Shown one piece after another: positions 50,075 through 61,225 of a stretch of 64,000 nucleotides of DNA. Position 1 is the stretch's first letter. Each line of letters begins with the position of its first letter. Made by a program: the position numbers and the translations under genes. This stretch comes from Escherichia coli (GTDB lineage: Bacteria; Pseudomonadota; Gammaproteobacteria; Enterobacterales; Enterobacteriaceae), in assembly GCF_003019035.1 (NCBI RefSeq), contig NZ_CP027447.1. One strand, given 5' to 3'. The notes under the pieces are model-generated. The model was not told where the DNA came from and searched no databases. It saw only the letters and a program-made list of their open reading frames with translations.

Positions 50075-50414
50075 AGAGCGTGCACCAGCCATCGTTGTCA
50101 TGGAGATCGGTGACTGTATCACTACATGGGATGAAGTGCTTCTTGGCATTGAAGAGGAAGGTATTCCCTTTCGCATTCAACACATTCCGTCAGGTGAAGT
50201 TATCGATAGCGCCTGGCTGGCGGCTCGTCAATCTCCCCTGTTGGTTGGCATTGCCTGCGATCAGGAAAAACTGATTGTGCATTACAAAAACTTACCGGCA
50301 TCAGCGCCACTGTTTACGCTGATGTATCAACAAGATAACCATGACAGGCGCAGCATCGGCACTAACGCTGCCCGCCTGGTAAAAGGAATTCCCTTCCGGG
50401 AACTCCACTCATAA
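50064..50414 (+). CDS. pduH: Diol dehydratase reactivase small subunit
   Basis: 116 aa; overlaps pduG end. Confidence 0.8.
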   Translation: MESKERAPAIVVMEIGDCITTWDEVLLGIEEEGIPFRIQHIPSGEVIDSAWLAARQSPLLVGIACDQEKLIVHYKNLPASAPLFTLMYQQDNHDRRSIGTNAARLVKGIPFRELHS

Positions 50415-50433
50415 TCCACAGGAGAAACGCAGT

Positions 50434-50709
50434 ATGAACAACGCACTAGGACTGGTTGAAACAAAAGGGTTAGTTGGCGCAATTGAAGCTGCAGATGCCA
50501 TGGTTAAATCCGCCAACGTGCAGCTGGTTGGCTATGAAAAGATTGGTTCGGGTCTGATTACGGTGATGGTCCGTGGCGATGTTGGCGCAGTAAAAGCCGC
50601 CGTTGATGCAGGAAGCGCCGCCGCAAGCGCCGTTGGCGAAGTGAAATCCTGCCATGTCATCCCGCGCCCACACAGTGATGTTGAGGCTATTTTACCTAAA
50701 TCAGCATAA
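50434..50709 (+). CDS. pduJ: BMC-H shell protein
   Basis: 91 aa; near-identical to PduA core. Confidence 0.85.
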   Translation: MNNALGLVETKGLVGAIEAADAMVKSANVQLVGYEKIGSGLITVMVRGDVGAVKAAVDAGSAAASAVGEVKSCHVIPRPHSDVEAILPKSA

Positions 50710-50732
50710 CCCCATTCGCTAAGGAGCACAGC

Positions 50733-51155
50733 GTGAAGCAATCACTGGGATTACTTGAAGTCAGTGGTCTGGCACTCGCCATCAGTTGCGCAGATGCTAT
50801 GGCAAAAGCCGCGTCCATCACGCTGGTTGGCCTTGAGAAGACCAATGGCTCAGGCTGGACGCTCATCAAAATCACCGGTGACGTCGCCTCGGTTAATGCG
50901 GCGATCGCGACGGGAGCCAGTTTCGCCGGACAGCGAAATGGCCTCGTCGCACACAAAGTGATTGCCCGTCCGGGAGACGGCATTCTGCCCCACACAACTG
51001 AAGCATTGACTGTGACGGTTGAAACAAGCGAAACACCAGCAACAACCGTCATCTCAGAGATTATCAGTTGTAATTTGTGTCTTAACCCGGCATGTCAGCG
51101 GCAAAAAGGTGAGCCCCGCTCACTTTGCCTGCACGCCAATAAGCGAGGGGAGTAA
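50733..51155 (+). CDS. pduK: BMC shell protein with C-terminal extension
   Basis: 140 aa; BMC domain plus Cys-containing tail; GTG start. Confidence 0.75.
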   Translation: MKQSLGLLEVSGLALAISCADAMAKAASITLVGLEKTNGSGWTLIKITGDVASVNAAIATGASFAGQRNGLVAHKVIARPGDGILPHTTEALTVTVETSETPATTVISEIISCNLCLNPACQRQKGEPRSLCLHANKRGE

Positions 51156-51157
51156 CA

Positions 51158-51790
51158 GTGGATAAACAAACCTTGCAGGAAACAGTGAGCCAGATTCTGG
51201 ATGAGATGCGCGAGCGCCCTATCCCTCTGGGTGTTTCCAGTCGTCATATTCATCTTTCAACAGCGGATTATTTGCGTCTTTTTCCTGAACAACCGATTAG
51301 CGAGAAAACGCTGTTAATGCAACCTGGCCAATTCGCTGCTGAACAGGTTGTTACGCTGGAGGGACCAAAAGGTAAATTGCACAACGTTCGCTTGTTGGGG
51401 CCGCTACGCAATGCAAGCCAGGTGGAAATTTCCCGTACGGACGCCAGAACGTTAGGGATCACCGCTCCGCTACGCATGTCAGGCGATCTCAGCGGCACTC
51501 CAGGGATTCGTTTGATAAGCCCATTTGCGGAACTGGAGATCACATCTGGCGTCATTGTCGCGCAACGGCATATTCATATGTCTCCGCTGGATGCCCTGAT
51601 TTATGGCGTTACGCATGGCGATAAAGTGGCGGTTGCCATTAAAGGTGATGAGCGACGACTGATATTCGAAAACGTCGCTGTTCGCGTCTCTCCGGATATG
51701 CGTCTTGAAATGCATATTGATACCGATGAAGCCAACGCCGCAGGGGCTGATAGCCCTGACGTTTTTGCCACACTGGTGTCAGTGCCATGA
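51158..51790 (+). CDS. pduL: Phosphate propanoyltransferase
   Basis: 210 aa; order. Confidence 0.8.
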   Translation: MDKQTLQETVSQILDEMRERPIPLGVSSRHIHLSTADYLRLFPEQPISEKTLLMQPGQFAAEQVVTLEGPKGKLHNVRLLGPLRNASQVEISRTDARTLGITAPLRMSGDLSGTPGIRLISPFAELEITSGVIVAQRHIHMSPLDALIYGVTHGDKVAVAIKGDERRLIFENVAVRVSPDMRLEMHIDTDEANAAGADSPDVFATLVSVP

Positions 51791-52278
51791 ATAACATGCT
51801 GATGCAACGTATTGTTGACGAAGTGGTTTTTCGCCTTAAACAACGTGCGGGAAAAACACTCGTGCTGACTGTTTTTCAACTGCGAGACGCCAGCGTTCAA
51901 GAGATAGTTCATCAGTATGCATCATTACAAATCCGATATGTCGATCTGCCGTTGTTACGACAACTTGCGGAGAACAAAACGTCAGATCGAGCAGCAATTC
52001 AGATACACGAAACGTTAGCCTGGGGATTGCACATTCAATTGTCGTTGCAGCGTCATTTCCTGAACGCCATTGAATTGAAGACTCTCGCCCGTCTACCGCT
52101 AAGCTGGTGCGACGAGCAAGGGCAACCGATCTACCTTCATCGTGATCGACTTTTAAATTATGCCGATATTGCACAGTTAAGCTCGGGAATACTGGTGTTA
52201 CAGCGAAAATGTTGTGTGACCGCACTGGCTCGTGAAGCGGCAATTACCCGAAATATTCAGTTAATCAGGCAGGAGTAA
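51787..52278 (+). CDS. pduM: Microcompartment structural protein
   Basis: 163 aa; order. Confidence 0.7.
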   Translation: MNNMLMQRIVDEVVFRLKQRAGKTLVLTVFQLRDASVQEIVHQYASLQIRYVDLPLLRQLAENKTSDRAAIQIHETLAWGLHIQLSLQRHFLNAIELKTLARLPLSWCDEQGQPIYLHRDRLLNYADIAQLSSGILVLQRKCCVTALAREAAITRNIQLIRQE

Positions 52279-52281
52279 CCT

Positions 52282-52557
52282 ATGCATCTGGCTCGAGTCA
52301 CTGGCGCGGTAGTATCCACGCAAAAATCACCTTCTCTGATCGGGAAAAAACTGCTGCTGGTTCGCCGGGTCAGTGCTGACGGCGAACTGCCTCTCACGCC
52401 ATTAACCGGCGACGAAGTTGCCGTTGATTCCGTCGGCGCAGGCGTTGGTGAGTTGGTACTCCTCAGCAGTGGTTCCAGCGCCAGACATGTGTTTTCCGGC
52501 CCTAACGAAGCCATCGACCTAGCAGTGGTCGGCATTGTCGATACGCTTTCGCGCTAA
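52282..52557 (+). CDS. pduN: BMC vertex (pentamer) protein
   Basis: 91 aa; EutN/CcmL-like. Confidence 0.8.
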   Translation: MHLARVTGAVVSTQKSPSLIGKKLLLVRRVSADGELPLTPLTGDEVAVDSVGAGVGELVLLSSGSSARHVFSGPNEAIDLAVVGIVDTLSR

Positions 52558-52568
52558 GGAGCTGAAAG

Positions 52569-53576
52569 ATGGCAATTTATACCCGAACAGGTGATTCAGG
52601 AAGTACGTCTTTATTTACCGGACAGCGCGTCAGCAAAACTCATCTACGTGTCGAAACCTATGGCACGCTGGATGAACTGAACGCGACACTCAGTCTGTGT
52701 TATTGCGCCACCGCCATCGAAAGCCATCGCATCTTACTGGAAGCCATTCAACAACAGATATTTTGGTTTAGCGCCGAACTCGCCAGTGAAAGCGAACAGC
52801 CGTCAGCGCAGCAGCGTTACATCGGTACGGAAGAAATTGCCGCGCTGGAAAACGCGATCGATAGCGCAATGAACGCCGTCCCCCCGGTTCACAGCTTCAT
52901 TCTGCCTGGTCGATGTGAAGCTGCAAGCCGCATGCATTTCGCCCGCACGGTGGCTCGACGGGCTGAAAGACGTCTGGTTGAACTGACAACAGAAACCACC
53001 GTCCGGAATGTTTTGCTGCACTATATCAACCGACTTTCCGATTGCCTGTATGCCCTCGCCCGCGTGGAAGACAACGTTGCTCATCAAAACCTGATGATTC
53101 AGGAAATCACAAAACGTTATCACGAAGCCAACCACACACCAGCATTGAAGGAACGCACAATGCCGCTCACTTTTCAGGATCTTCACCAGCTCATTCGTAG
53201 TGCGGCAATGCGCGCAGATGAACTGCATATTCCCGTTGTCATCAGCATTGTTGATGCCAACGGAACAGAAAGTGTTACCTGGCGGATGCCTGATGCCCTG
53301 TTGGTCAGCAGTGAACTGGCACCGAAAAAAGCCTGGACCGCCGTGGCGATGAAAACGGCAACCCACAAACTTGCTGATACCGTGCAACCCGGCGCGCCGC
53401 TTTACGGGCTCGAAAGCCATATGCAAGGCAAAGTCGTCACTTTTGGTGGCGGCTTCCCCCTCTGGCGTGACGGAAAATTGCTTGGCGGGCTTGGCATCAG
53501 CGGCGGTAGCGTTGAACAAGACATGGATATTGCCCAAAGCGCAATGGCGGCAATTAACGTGGGAGTAAACCAATGA
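52569..53576 (+). CDS. pduO: ATP:cob(I)alamin adenosyltransferase
   Basis: 335 aa; N-terminal PduO-type ATR domain. Confidence 0.85.
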   Translation: MAIYTRTGDSGSTSLFTGQRVSKTHLRVETYGTLDELNATLSLCYCATAIESHRILLEAIQQQIFWFSAELASESEQPSAQQRYIGTEEIAALENAIDSAMNAVPPVHSFILPGRCEAASRMHFARTVARRAERRLVELTTETTVRNVLLHYINRLSDCLYALARVEDNVAHQNLMIQEITKRYHEANHTPALKERTMPLTFQDLHQLIRSAAMRADELHIPVVISIVDANGTESVTWRMPDALLVSSELAPKKAWTAVAMKTATHKLADTVQPGAPLYGLESHMQGKVVTFGGGFPLWRDGKLLGGLGISGGSVEQDMDIAQSAMAAINVGVNQ

Positions 53577-54958
53577 ATAACTCTGAATTAGAAACACTGA
53601 TCCGCAATATTCTGCGTGAGCAGCTTGCCCCCGCTACGCAACGAGCGCAAAGAAACGCTATTTTCCAGACTGTTGATGAAGCGGTCTGCGCAGCACACCA
53701 GGCCTTTTTACGCTTTCAACAGTGCCCGCTTAAAACCCGTAGCGCCATTATCAGCGCCATTCGCGAAGAATTAATGCCCCGCCTTACCGAACTGGCAGAA
53801 GAAAGCGCCAGTGAAACAGGGATGGGAAATAAAGAGGATAAGTATCTAAAGAACAAAGCAGCACTCAATAATACGCCAGGAATTGAAGATTTAACCACCA
53901 CTGCACTAACCGGTGATGGTGGCATGGTTTTGTTTGAATACTCTCCGTTTGGGGTCATTGGCTCGGTCACGCCAAGCACCAACCCCACGGAAACCATCAT
54001 TAACAACAGCATCAGCATGCTGGCAGCAGGTAATAGCGTCTACTTCAGTCCACACCCGGGAGCCAAAAACGTTTCGTTAAAACTGATTACCATAATCGAA
54101 GACATCGCGTTTCGCTGTAGTGGCATTCATAACCTGATCGTTACCGTATCTGAACCGACCTTTGCTGCTACCGAACAGATGATGGCGCACCCTAAAATCA
54201 GCGTTCTGGCGATTACCGGTGGCCCGGGGATCGTCGCCATGGGAATGAAAAGTGGCAAGAAAGTGATTGGTGCCGGTGCGGGTAACCCACCCTGCATTGT
54301 CGATGAAACGGCGGATATTGTGAAAGCCGCCGAGGACATCATCAACGGCGCTTCATTTGATTACAACCTACCGTGTATCGCTGAAAAAAGCCTGATTGTC
54401 GTGGCGTCAGTGGCAGAGTATTTAATTCAACAGATGCAAAGCTTTGGCGCACTTCTTCTTAACCATGAACAAACGGAGAAATTGCGTGCAATTTGCCTGC
54501 CAGACGGTAGCGCCAACAAAAAACTGGTTGGGAAAAGCCCATCAGCCTTGCTGGAAGCGGCAGGCCTCCCTTTGCCCGCAAAAGCGCCGCGCCTACTGAT
54601 TGCTGTTGTCGACGCCAATGATAGTTGGGTTACTTGTGAACAACTGATGCCAATGCTGCCCATTGTGAAGGTCAACGATTTTGATAGCGCTCTCACCCTG
54701 GCGCTGAAAGTGGAAGACGGCTTGCACCACACGGCAATTATGCACTCGCAGAACGTCTCACGGCTCAACCTTGCCGCACGCGTTATGCAAACCTCAATCT
54801 TTGTCAAAAACGGCCCCTCCTGGGCGGGCATTGGCGTCGGCGGCGAAGGCTTTACCACCTTTACCATTGCAACACCGACCGGAGAAGGGACAACGTCAGC
54901 ACGGACTTTTGCCCGCTCACGACGCTGCGTGTTAACCAGCGGCTTTTCAATTCGCTAG
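53573..54958 (+). CDS. pduP: CoA-acylating propionaldehyde dehydrogenase
   Basis: 461 aa; aldehyde dehydrogenase fold. Confidence 0.85.
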   Translation: MNNSELETLIRNILREQLAPATQRAQRNAIFQTVDEAVCAAHQAFLRFQQCPLKTRSAIISAIREELMPRLTELAEESASETGMGNKEDKYLKNKAALNNTPGIEDLTTTALTGDGGMVLFEYSPFGVIGSVTPSTNPTETIINNSISMLAAGNSVYFSPHPGAKNVSLKLITIIEDIAFRCSGIHNLIVTVSEPTFAATEQMMAHPKISVLAITGGPGIVAMGMKSGKKVIGAGAGNPPCIVDETADIVKAAEDIINGASFDYNLPCIAEKSLIVVASVAEYLIQQMQSFGALLLNHEQTEKLRAICLPDGSANKKLVGKSPSALLEAAGLPLPAKAPRLLIAVVDANDSWVTCEQLMPMLPIVKVNDFDSALTLALKVEDGLHHTAIMHSQNVSRLNLAARVMQTSIFVKNGPSWAGIGVGGEGFTTFTIATPTGEGTTSARTFARSRRCVLTSGFSIR

Positions 54959-54968
54959 AGAAACGGAA

Positions 54969-56081
54969 ATGAATACTTTTTCACTGCAGACGCGTTTATA
55001 CAGCGGACCAGGAAGTCTCAAGGTACTTAGCCGTTTCTCTCATAGACACATCTGGATTATTTGCGATGCCTTTCTGGCACACTCACCACTCATTGACACG
55101 TTGCATCAGGCGCTGCCCGACAGTAATCGTCTCAGTATTTTTAGCGAAATAACGCCCGACCCAACTATCCAGACCGTGGTGAAAGGCATTGCGCAAATGC
55201 AGACTTTACGCCCGGATGTGGTTATCGGTTTTGGCGGCGGTTCTGCCCTGGACGCCGCAAAAGCGATTGTCTGGTTTGGTCGCCAGTGTGGCATTGAAAT
55301 TGAAACCTGCGTAGCCATTCCTACCACCAGCGGTACCGGTTCCGAAGTGACCAGTGCTTGTGTCATCAGCGATTCTGAGAAAGGGATTAAATTTCCCCTT
55401 TTCGATAATGCACTTTATCCGGATATCGCGATCCTTGATCCATCTTTGGTCGTCAGCGTGCCACCGGCGATAACGGCCAATACCGGGATGGATGTTTTAA
55501 CCCATGCACTTGAAGCTTATGTTTCTCCCCGCGCCAGCGACTTCACGGATGCACTGGTCGAAAAAGCCGTGCAAATTGTTTTTCAATACCTGCCCACTGC
55601 AGTGAAGAAAGGCGATTGTCTTGCCACCCGTGGCAAAATGCATAATGCATCGACGCTTGCAGGAATAGCCTTTAGCCAGGCCGGACTCGGTTTAAACCAT
55701 GCAATTGCTCATCAACTCGGCGGACAGTTTCATCTGCCGCACGGCCTGGCGAATGCGCTCCTGCTCACGGCAGTTATCCGCTTTAATGCTGGCGATCCGC
55801 GCACAGCCAAACGCTATGCCCGGCTGGCGAAAACGTGCCATTTATGCCCGGACAACGCCAATGACACCGCCAGCCTGAATGCACTTATTCAACATATTGA
55901 GCAGCTTAAAACAACCTGTACGCTGCCGACTCTTACCAATGCGCTGAAAGAAAAAAAAGCAGAATGGTCAGTTCGCATACCAGATATGGTTCAGGCGGCA
56001 CTGGCGGATGCAACGTTGCGTACCAACCCGCGTGCGGCTGATGCTTCCGCGATTGCAGAACTGCTCGAGGAGTTGTTATGA
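54969..56081 (+). CDS. pduQ: 1-propanol dehydrogenase (iron-containing ADH)
   Basis: 370 aa; GGGS...D motif region. Confidence 0.85.
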   Translation: MNTFSLQTRLYSGPGSLKVLSRFSHRHIWIICDAFLAHSPLIDTLHQALPDSNRLSIFSEITPDPTIQTVVKGIAQMQTLRPDVVIGFGGGSALDAAKAIVWFGRQCGIEIETCVAIPTTSGTGSEVTSACVISDSEKGIKFPLFDNALYPDIAILDPSLVVSVPPAITANTGMDVLTHALEAYVSPRASDFTDALVEKAVQIVFQYLPTAVKKGDCLATRGKMHNASTLAGIAFSQAGLGLNHAIAHQLGGQFHLPHGLANALLLTAVIRFNAGDPRTAKRYARLAKTCHLCPDNANDTASLNALIQHIEQLKTTCTLPTLTNALKEKKAEWSVRIPDMVQAALADATLRTNPRAADASAIAELLEELL

Positions 56082-57421
56082 ATGTCGGATTAACCTCCTG
56101 CGACGACCAGACCATCCGCGAGCGAGTACAAGCAGCAGGTGTCGTGGGTGCTGGCGGCGCAGGTTTTCCAACCCATATTAAGCTACAAGCGCGTGTTGAC
56201 ACGTTCCTGGTGAATGCGGCGGAATGCGAACCCATGTTGAAAGTGGATCAACAGTTAATGGCGCAGCAAGCCAGCCGCCTGCTTCGCGGTGTTCACTATG
56301 CGATGAAAGCCACCGGGGCCAGTAGCGGAATCATCGCGCTGAAAGAGAAATATCAACTGGCAATAAACGCACTCACCCCCCTATTACCACCGGATATCCG
56401 CCTGCATATTTTGCCCGACGTTTACCCCGCAGGAGACGAAGTGCTGACCATCTGGATGGCAACTGGTCGCCGCGTTCCACCCGCTGCATTACCCGTTAGC
56501 GTCGGTGTGGTGGTCAATAATGTTCAAACCGTACTTAATATTGCCAGAGCCGTCGAGCAACAGTATCCAGTGACGCGCCGCACACTCACTATTAATGGTG
56601 CAGTGGCGAAACCAATAACGGTAACCGTCCCCATCGGCATGTCTTTACGTGAAGTCCTGGCGCTGGCGGGCGGCGCAACAGTAGATGCTCCTGGTTTTAT
56701 CAATGGCGGGCCGATGATGGGAAGTTTGATCACATCGCTCGACACACCCGTCAGCAAAACCACTGGCGGCTTGCTGGTTTTACCCAACTCTCATTCACTG
56801 ATCCAACGTCGAATGCAGAATGACCGCAGCGTACTTACCGTCGCGAAAACTGTTTGTGAGCAATGCCGCTTGTGTACCGATCTCTGCCCACGTCATTTAG
56901 TCGGTCACGAACTGGCACCCCATTTATTAGTACGTGCGGTTAACTACCAACAGCTCGCTACGCCACAACTGTTACTGACGGCGCTCACCTGTTCGGAGTG
57001 CAACGTCTGCGCCAGCGTCGCCTGTCCGGTAGGAATTTCACCAATGCGCATAAACCGCCTGCTTAAGCAGGAATTACGCGCACAAAATCTCCGCTACGAA
57101 GGTGCTTTAAATCCTGCAGATCCCTTGGCAAATTATCGACTGATTCCCGTAAAACGGCTGGTAACCAGACTGGGCTTAACCCCGTGGTATCAGGATGCGC
57201 CATTGTCTGAACAGGTGCCTCAGCCCGAAAAAGTGACGTTATTGTTACGCCAGCACATCGGTGCCAGCGCAATTGCGTGTGTACAAAAAGGCGATCGCGT
57301 CGTTCATGGGCAATGTGTAGGTCAAATTCCACACGGCACATTAGGTGCCCCCATTCATGCCAGTATTGATGGCATGGTCAGCGATGTGACAGAAAACGCG
57401 ATTACGCTTGTGAGAGGTTAA
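56078..57421 (+). CDS. pduS: Cobalamin reductase (Fe-S flavoprotein)
   Basis: 447 aa; two CxxCxxCxxxCP ferredoxin-like motifs. Confidence 0.85.
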   Translation: MNVGLTSCDDQTIRERVQAAGVVGAGGAGFPTHIKLQARVDTFLVNAAECEPMLKVDQQLMAQQASRLLRGVHYAMKATGASSGIIALKEKYQLAINALTPLLPPDIRLHILPDVYPAGDEVLTIWMATGRRVPPAALPVSVGVVVNNVQTVLNIARAVEQQYPVTRRTLTINGAVAKPITVTVPIGMSLREVLALAGGATVDAPGFINGGPMMGSLITSLDTPVSKTTGGLLVLPNSHSLIQRRMQNDRSVLTVAKTVCEQCRLCTDLCPRHLVGHELAPHLLVRAVNYQQLATPQLLLTALTCSECNVCASVACPVGISPMRINRLLKQELRAQNLRYEGALNPADPLANYRLIPVKRLVTRLGLTPWYQDAPLSEQVPQPEKVTLLLRQHIGASAIACVQKGDRVVHGQCVGQIPHGTLGAPIHASIDGMVSDVTENAITLVRG

Positions 57422-57423
57422 CG

Positions 57424-57978
57424 ATGTCGAAAGCGGTAGGTATTTTAGAACTTAGCAGTATCGCGAAAGGGATGGAAACCGGCGACGCCATGCTGAAAAG
57501 CGCCAACGTTGAGTTACTGGTCAGCAAAACGCTATGCCCCGGAAAATTTCTGCTGATGCTCGGTGGCGATGTGAGCGCGGTGCAACAGGCCATCAACAGC
57601 GGTGCTTCCCTTGCTGGTGAAATGCTGGTCGACAGTCTTGTCCTGCCGAATATTCATCCCAGTCTCCTTTCTGCAATCAGCGGACTGAACCATGTTGAGC
57701 AGCACCGGGCTGTCGGCGTAGTCGAAACCTGGAGTGTCGCTGCCTGCATTGACGCTGCCGATTGTGCTGTCAAAGCTGCGAATGTCATTCTCGTTCGCGT
57801 GCATATGGCTTTTGGCATTGGCGGAAAATGCTACATGGTGGTTGCTGGCGATATTTCAGATGTTAATAACGCGGTCTCTGTCGCCAGCGAGCGTGCGGGA
57901 GAAAAAGGTTTGTTGGTCTATCGGTCGGTGATTGCCCGTCCACATGAAGCCATGTGGCGTCAGATGGTGGAGGGATAA
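57424..57978 (+). CDS. pduT: Tandem-BMC shell protein
   Basis: 184 aa; order. Confidence 0.8.
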   Translation: MSKAVGILELSSIAKGMETGDAMLKSANVELLVSKTLCPGKFLLMLGGDVSAVQQAINSGASLAGEMLVDSLVLPNIHPSLLSAISGLNHVEQHRAVGVVETWSVAACIDAADCAVKAANVILVRVHMAFGIGGKCYMVVAGDISDVNNAVSVASERAGEKGLLVYRSVIARPHEAMWRQMVEG

Positions 57979-58328
57979 TGACAACTCAGCACACAACTGA
58001 ACGGATGATTCAGGAATATGTCCCTGGTAAGCAGGTCACGCTGGCACATGTCATCGCCAATCCTGGGAAGGATCTGTTTAAGAAATTGGGTTTACCAGAC
58101 ACCGTTTCTGCTATTGGCATTCTGACGATTACCCCCAGCGAAGCATCTATCATCGCATGCGATATCGCCACAAAATCAGGCGCTGTAGAGATCGGTTTTC
58201 TTGATCGTTTTACCGGTGCCGTAGTGCTGACTGGTGATGTTTCAGCCATTGAATATGCACTTAGCCAGGTTACCCGTACGCTGGGTGAAATGATGCGCTT
58301 TACCGCCTGCCCCATTACGCGGACCTGA
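57978..58328 (+). CDS. pduU: BMC shell protein (permuted)
   Basis: 116 aa from MTTQHTT; order. Confidence 0.8.
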   Translation: MTTQHTTERMIQEYVPGKQVTLAHVIANPGKDLFKKLGLPDTVSAIGILTITPSEASIIACDIATKSGAVEIGFLDRFTGAVVLTGDVSAIEYALSQVTRTLGEMMRFTACPITRT

Positions 58329-58332
58329 CGTT

Positions 58333-58776
58333 ATGCAACGTATGATGCTTATCGGCCCCAGCCAGTGCGGAAAAACGTCACTCACGCAATGTCTGCGTGG
58401 CGAAAATATTCATTATCAGAAAACGCAGGCAATCGTCTGGTCCCCGACCACCATTGATACACCAGGCGAATACCTCGAAAACCGCAGCCTCTACAGTGCA
58501 TTGTTGGTCAGTGCCTGCGAAGCAGACATTATCGCGCTGGTACTTAATGCGGGCGCACCGTGGTCCCCTTTTTCGCCAGGCTTTACCTCGTCAATGAATC
58601 GTCCGGTCATTGGAGTAGTAACCAAAGCAGATTTAGCCAGCATGGAACAAATATCTTTGGTGAAATGTTGGTTACGGGAAGCTGGAGCGCACAACGTGTT
58701 AGTAACCAGTGCGGTTAATAACAATGGAGTTACAGAACTTTTTGCCTTGCTGCATACAGAAGATGTCTGTCGCTAA
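58333..58776 (+). CDS. pduV: Ras-like GTPase of pdu microcompartment (EutP/PduV family)
   Basis: 147 aa; P-loop [10 protein letters not shown]. Confidence 0.8.
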   Translation: MQRMMLIGPSQCGKTSLTQCLRGENIHYQKTQAIVWSPTTIDTPGEYLENRSLYSALLVSACEADIIALVLNAGAPWSPFSPGFTSSMNRPVIGVVTKADLASMEQISLVKCWLREAGAHNVLVTSAVNNNGVTELFALLHTEDVCR

Positions 58777-58835
58777 TTTCGATAGGTTATCAGATGGGAA
58801 TGATGACTTTGATACACAGAAAAGAATCAATGAGC

Positions 58836-58864
58836 AATGAGGGTTGCCGGGCAACCCTCATTGA
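58836..58864. terminator. Bidirectional terminator between pduV and yeeX
   Basis: Perfect 14-bp stem caatgagggttgcc / ggcaaccctcattg, A/T runs on both sides. Confidence 0.6.
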
Positions 58865-58876
58865 ATAAAACAGGAA

Positions 58877-59206
58877 TTACTTCGCTTCGCCGTTTTTCAT
58901 TTCGCCCATAGCTTTCAGCTTTTTGGAGATATCGCGGCGTTCTTTGGAGAGCTCGGCATTTTTGATGATGTAATCGTCAACGCGATCTTCATAGTCACCT
59001 TTCATGCTGGCGATGATGCCCTGGATTGCTTCAACGCTCATCCCTGGCTTGATGTAATCGCTCAGGTTGTCCAGCAACAGGACGCGCTTCTGGTTGTCAC
59101 GGATCTTTTTCTCAACGTCCTGAATTTCACGTTGCAGTTTGTTCTTACGACGGAACAGACGAACAAATTCCAGTACGTCCTGGAATGAAGGCTTGGTAGT
59201 TTCCAT
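58877..59206 (-). CDS. yeeX: DUF496-family protein
   Basis: 109 aa from [30 protein letters not shown]... Confidence 0.8.
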   Translation of the reverse strand: METTKPSFQDVLEFVRLFRRKNKLQREIQDVEKKIRDNQKRVLLLDNLSDYIKPGMSVEAIQGIIASMKGDYEDRVDDYIIKNAELSKERRDISKKLKAMGEMKNGEAK

Positions 59207-59377
59207 TTTTATACCCCTGATAATGTGAGAGTCGGATTCGTTTAAGCAACCGCTATTCGTTAGGGCCAACATTACTCATAGCTGCCGCAGATGACAATGC
59301 TTTTATCCCTTTTCACTATCATACCCTTTATCCTTGCTGAATCGAAGCAGCAGCAAGATGATTCTGAAGTTCAGGAA

Positions 59378-60436
59378 TTATTTGCGCAAGGCCCGGCAAA
59401 TCAGACTCGATAGCAACTCAAGCTGATGTGCCGTTTCCATGTTCAGCCACACATAACCATAGATTGGTGTTTCCACAACCTTCAGGTCATGGTGGTTATT
59501 CAGCAACTGACGCAGCTCTTCCACAGCATCGTTCAATTTTTCCGTATTGGCAAAAACCGGCTGCGGATTACCTTCGTACAGCGCATGAACAAGGCTCAGC
59601 AGTATTTGCTGCATCATGTGCTGGGTATCACGAAGTTTTTGCGCGTTCAATAACACGAAATGGCTGGGGCGCGTGGCCCAGTATGCATTGATTTGCAACT
59701 CCAGCATACAAACCAGATTGCGATTAATGGTCTGGATACCTTCATATATCGATTTTGGAATACGGGTTTCTTTGCTGGCGGGCGCAATCAGCCCACGCAT
59801 TTTCACGGCATCGGTCAGCAGTTTTTGTAGATGGCTTTCCAGACGTGGGCGTTCGAGTAAGTTCGGTGAGAATGCCGATTGATAGACCCGATTATACTCG
59901 GTCAGACTTTTCGCCAGTTGAATGCGCCAGTGGATGAACGCGCGTTGTGGCCAGATACCGGTAAACAACATTGCCAGTAAAGAGCCGAGGATCACATCGC
60001 CGCTTCGCCATAACGCCGTATCAATTTCACCTGTCGGGGAACCCACAACAATTGCCAGCGTCACCCCAATCAATAATCCTTGATACGGTTTCTTGCCCAG
60101 CGCCAGCCAACCGCAAAGAAACATCGCCGCCGCGCACCAGACTAACATCAGCGGTAACGAGATTAATTCCAGTTGCAGAGCGATAAGACCTAAAATCGAA
60201 CCCAACACCGTACCGCCAATACGTTCGAAGGCACGAGGGACAACGTTACCCCAGAACGAGATTGGCCCCATAATCACCACCATGGTGACCAGCGGCCAGG
60301 TACTTTCCGGGATAGTAAACAGGCGGATAATGAGAAAAGTGAGCAGGAATGCCAGCGCGACCCGAGTACCATGCACAATGCGGTAATGGCGGTATACCCG
60401 GATTTCAAACGGGCTTAATGACTTATCGGCACGCAC
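59378..60436 (-). CDS. yeeA: FUSC-family inner membrane protein
   Basis: 352-aa polytopic membrane protein; order. Confidence 0.8.
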   Translation of the reverse strand: MRADKSLSPFEIRVYRHYRIVHGTRVALAFLLTFLIIRLFTIPESTWPLVTMVVIMGPISFWGNVVPRAFERIGGTVLGSILGLIALQLELISLPLMLVWCAAAMFLCGWLALGKKPYQGLLIGVTLAIVVGSPTGEIDTALWRSGDVILGSLLAMLFTGIWPQRAFIHWRIQLAKSLTEYNRVYQSAFSPNLLERPRLESHLQKLLTDAVKMRGLIAPASKETRIPKSIYEGIQTINRNLVCMLELQINAYWATRPSHFVLLNAQKLRDTQHMMQQILLSLVHALYEGNPQPVFANTEKLNDAVEELRQLLNNHHDLKVVETPIYGYVWLNMETAHQLELLSSLICRALRK

Positions 60437-60633
60437 GCAGAAACTCCGTAATGAAGATTAAAAGCGCTCATAACTCATCTGTCGGCCAGAAGGCGCGCCT
60501 CTGAATTATCCGACGGACATACCGGGAACAGTGTAATTTCCCGGCAGGAGCGAAAAATTTGAAAGGCGCATCTTACTCTTTTCGCTTCCAAAAAAAGAGT
60601 GGTCATCGCGTTAACACACCGCCCTGAGATGAA

Positions 60634-61107
60634 TTAGTGATGTTTTGGCTGCACCGCAACATACATTTCGATATCCCAGTACCCCTCTTCCGCGCCATTG
60701 TTCAAATAAACCTCAAAGCAGGGCTTTGGTAACATTTCATAAGCACTGTCCTGCAAGAGGCTATTAAAGAACTGATACCAGGGTTTAGCAAAATCATCAC
60801 CGACTACACGAGCCACCGCCACCGCATACTGACCACCTGAAATTTCTGTCAGAATGACGCCCTCACTGTTGTCGGGGAGCGTAAAGTTATTCGGCACCGT
60901 CACGACGGTGTCGCAGCGTAATTTTTCGGCGGGTGTTTCATCTGGATTGTCATAATAGACAGCAACCCACTCCTTCGGCACAATATTTTTGCTATCTACC
61001 CACATCATCAACTGCTCAAAGCCTTTCTTTACCGTCTGTTCCCACGGGCCAACGAGATGGAAACCTGCAACGGTACGTTTATCTTCCTGCTTAATCTCGT
61101 AGTTCAT
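60634..61107 (-). CDS. sbmC: DNA gyrase inhibitor (GyrI)
   Basis: 157 aa; [25 protein letters not shown]... Confidence 0.9.
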   Translation of the reverse strand: MNYEIKQEDKRTVAGFHLVGPWEQTVKKGFEQLMMWVDSKNIVPKEWVAVYYDNPDETPAEKLRCDTVVTVPNNFTLPDNSEGVILTEISGGQYAVAVARVVGDDFAKPWYQFFNSLLQDSAYEMLPKPCFEVYLNNGAEEGYWDIEMYVAVQPKHH

Positions 61108-61225
61108 GACGCCTCCATTAATACTGTTTTTATATACAGTATAGTTGCAATATTAAAACCACAAGGAATGAGTGTTGATTATGCGAGCAGACTCGCACTC
61201 CTGCCAGTCTGCTGCAAAAGAAAGG

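Noticed and set aside
44245-58776. Ethanolamine-utilisation (eut) operon
   Set aside because: First impression from the BMC shell genes, but the three-subunit diol dehydratase, two-subunit reactivase, pduL/O/P/Q/S and upstream pocR-pduF identify it as pdu.
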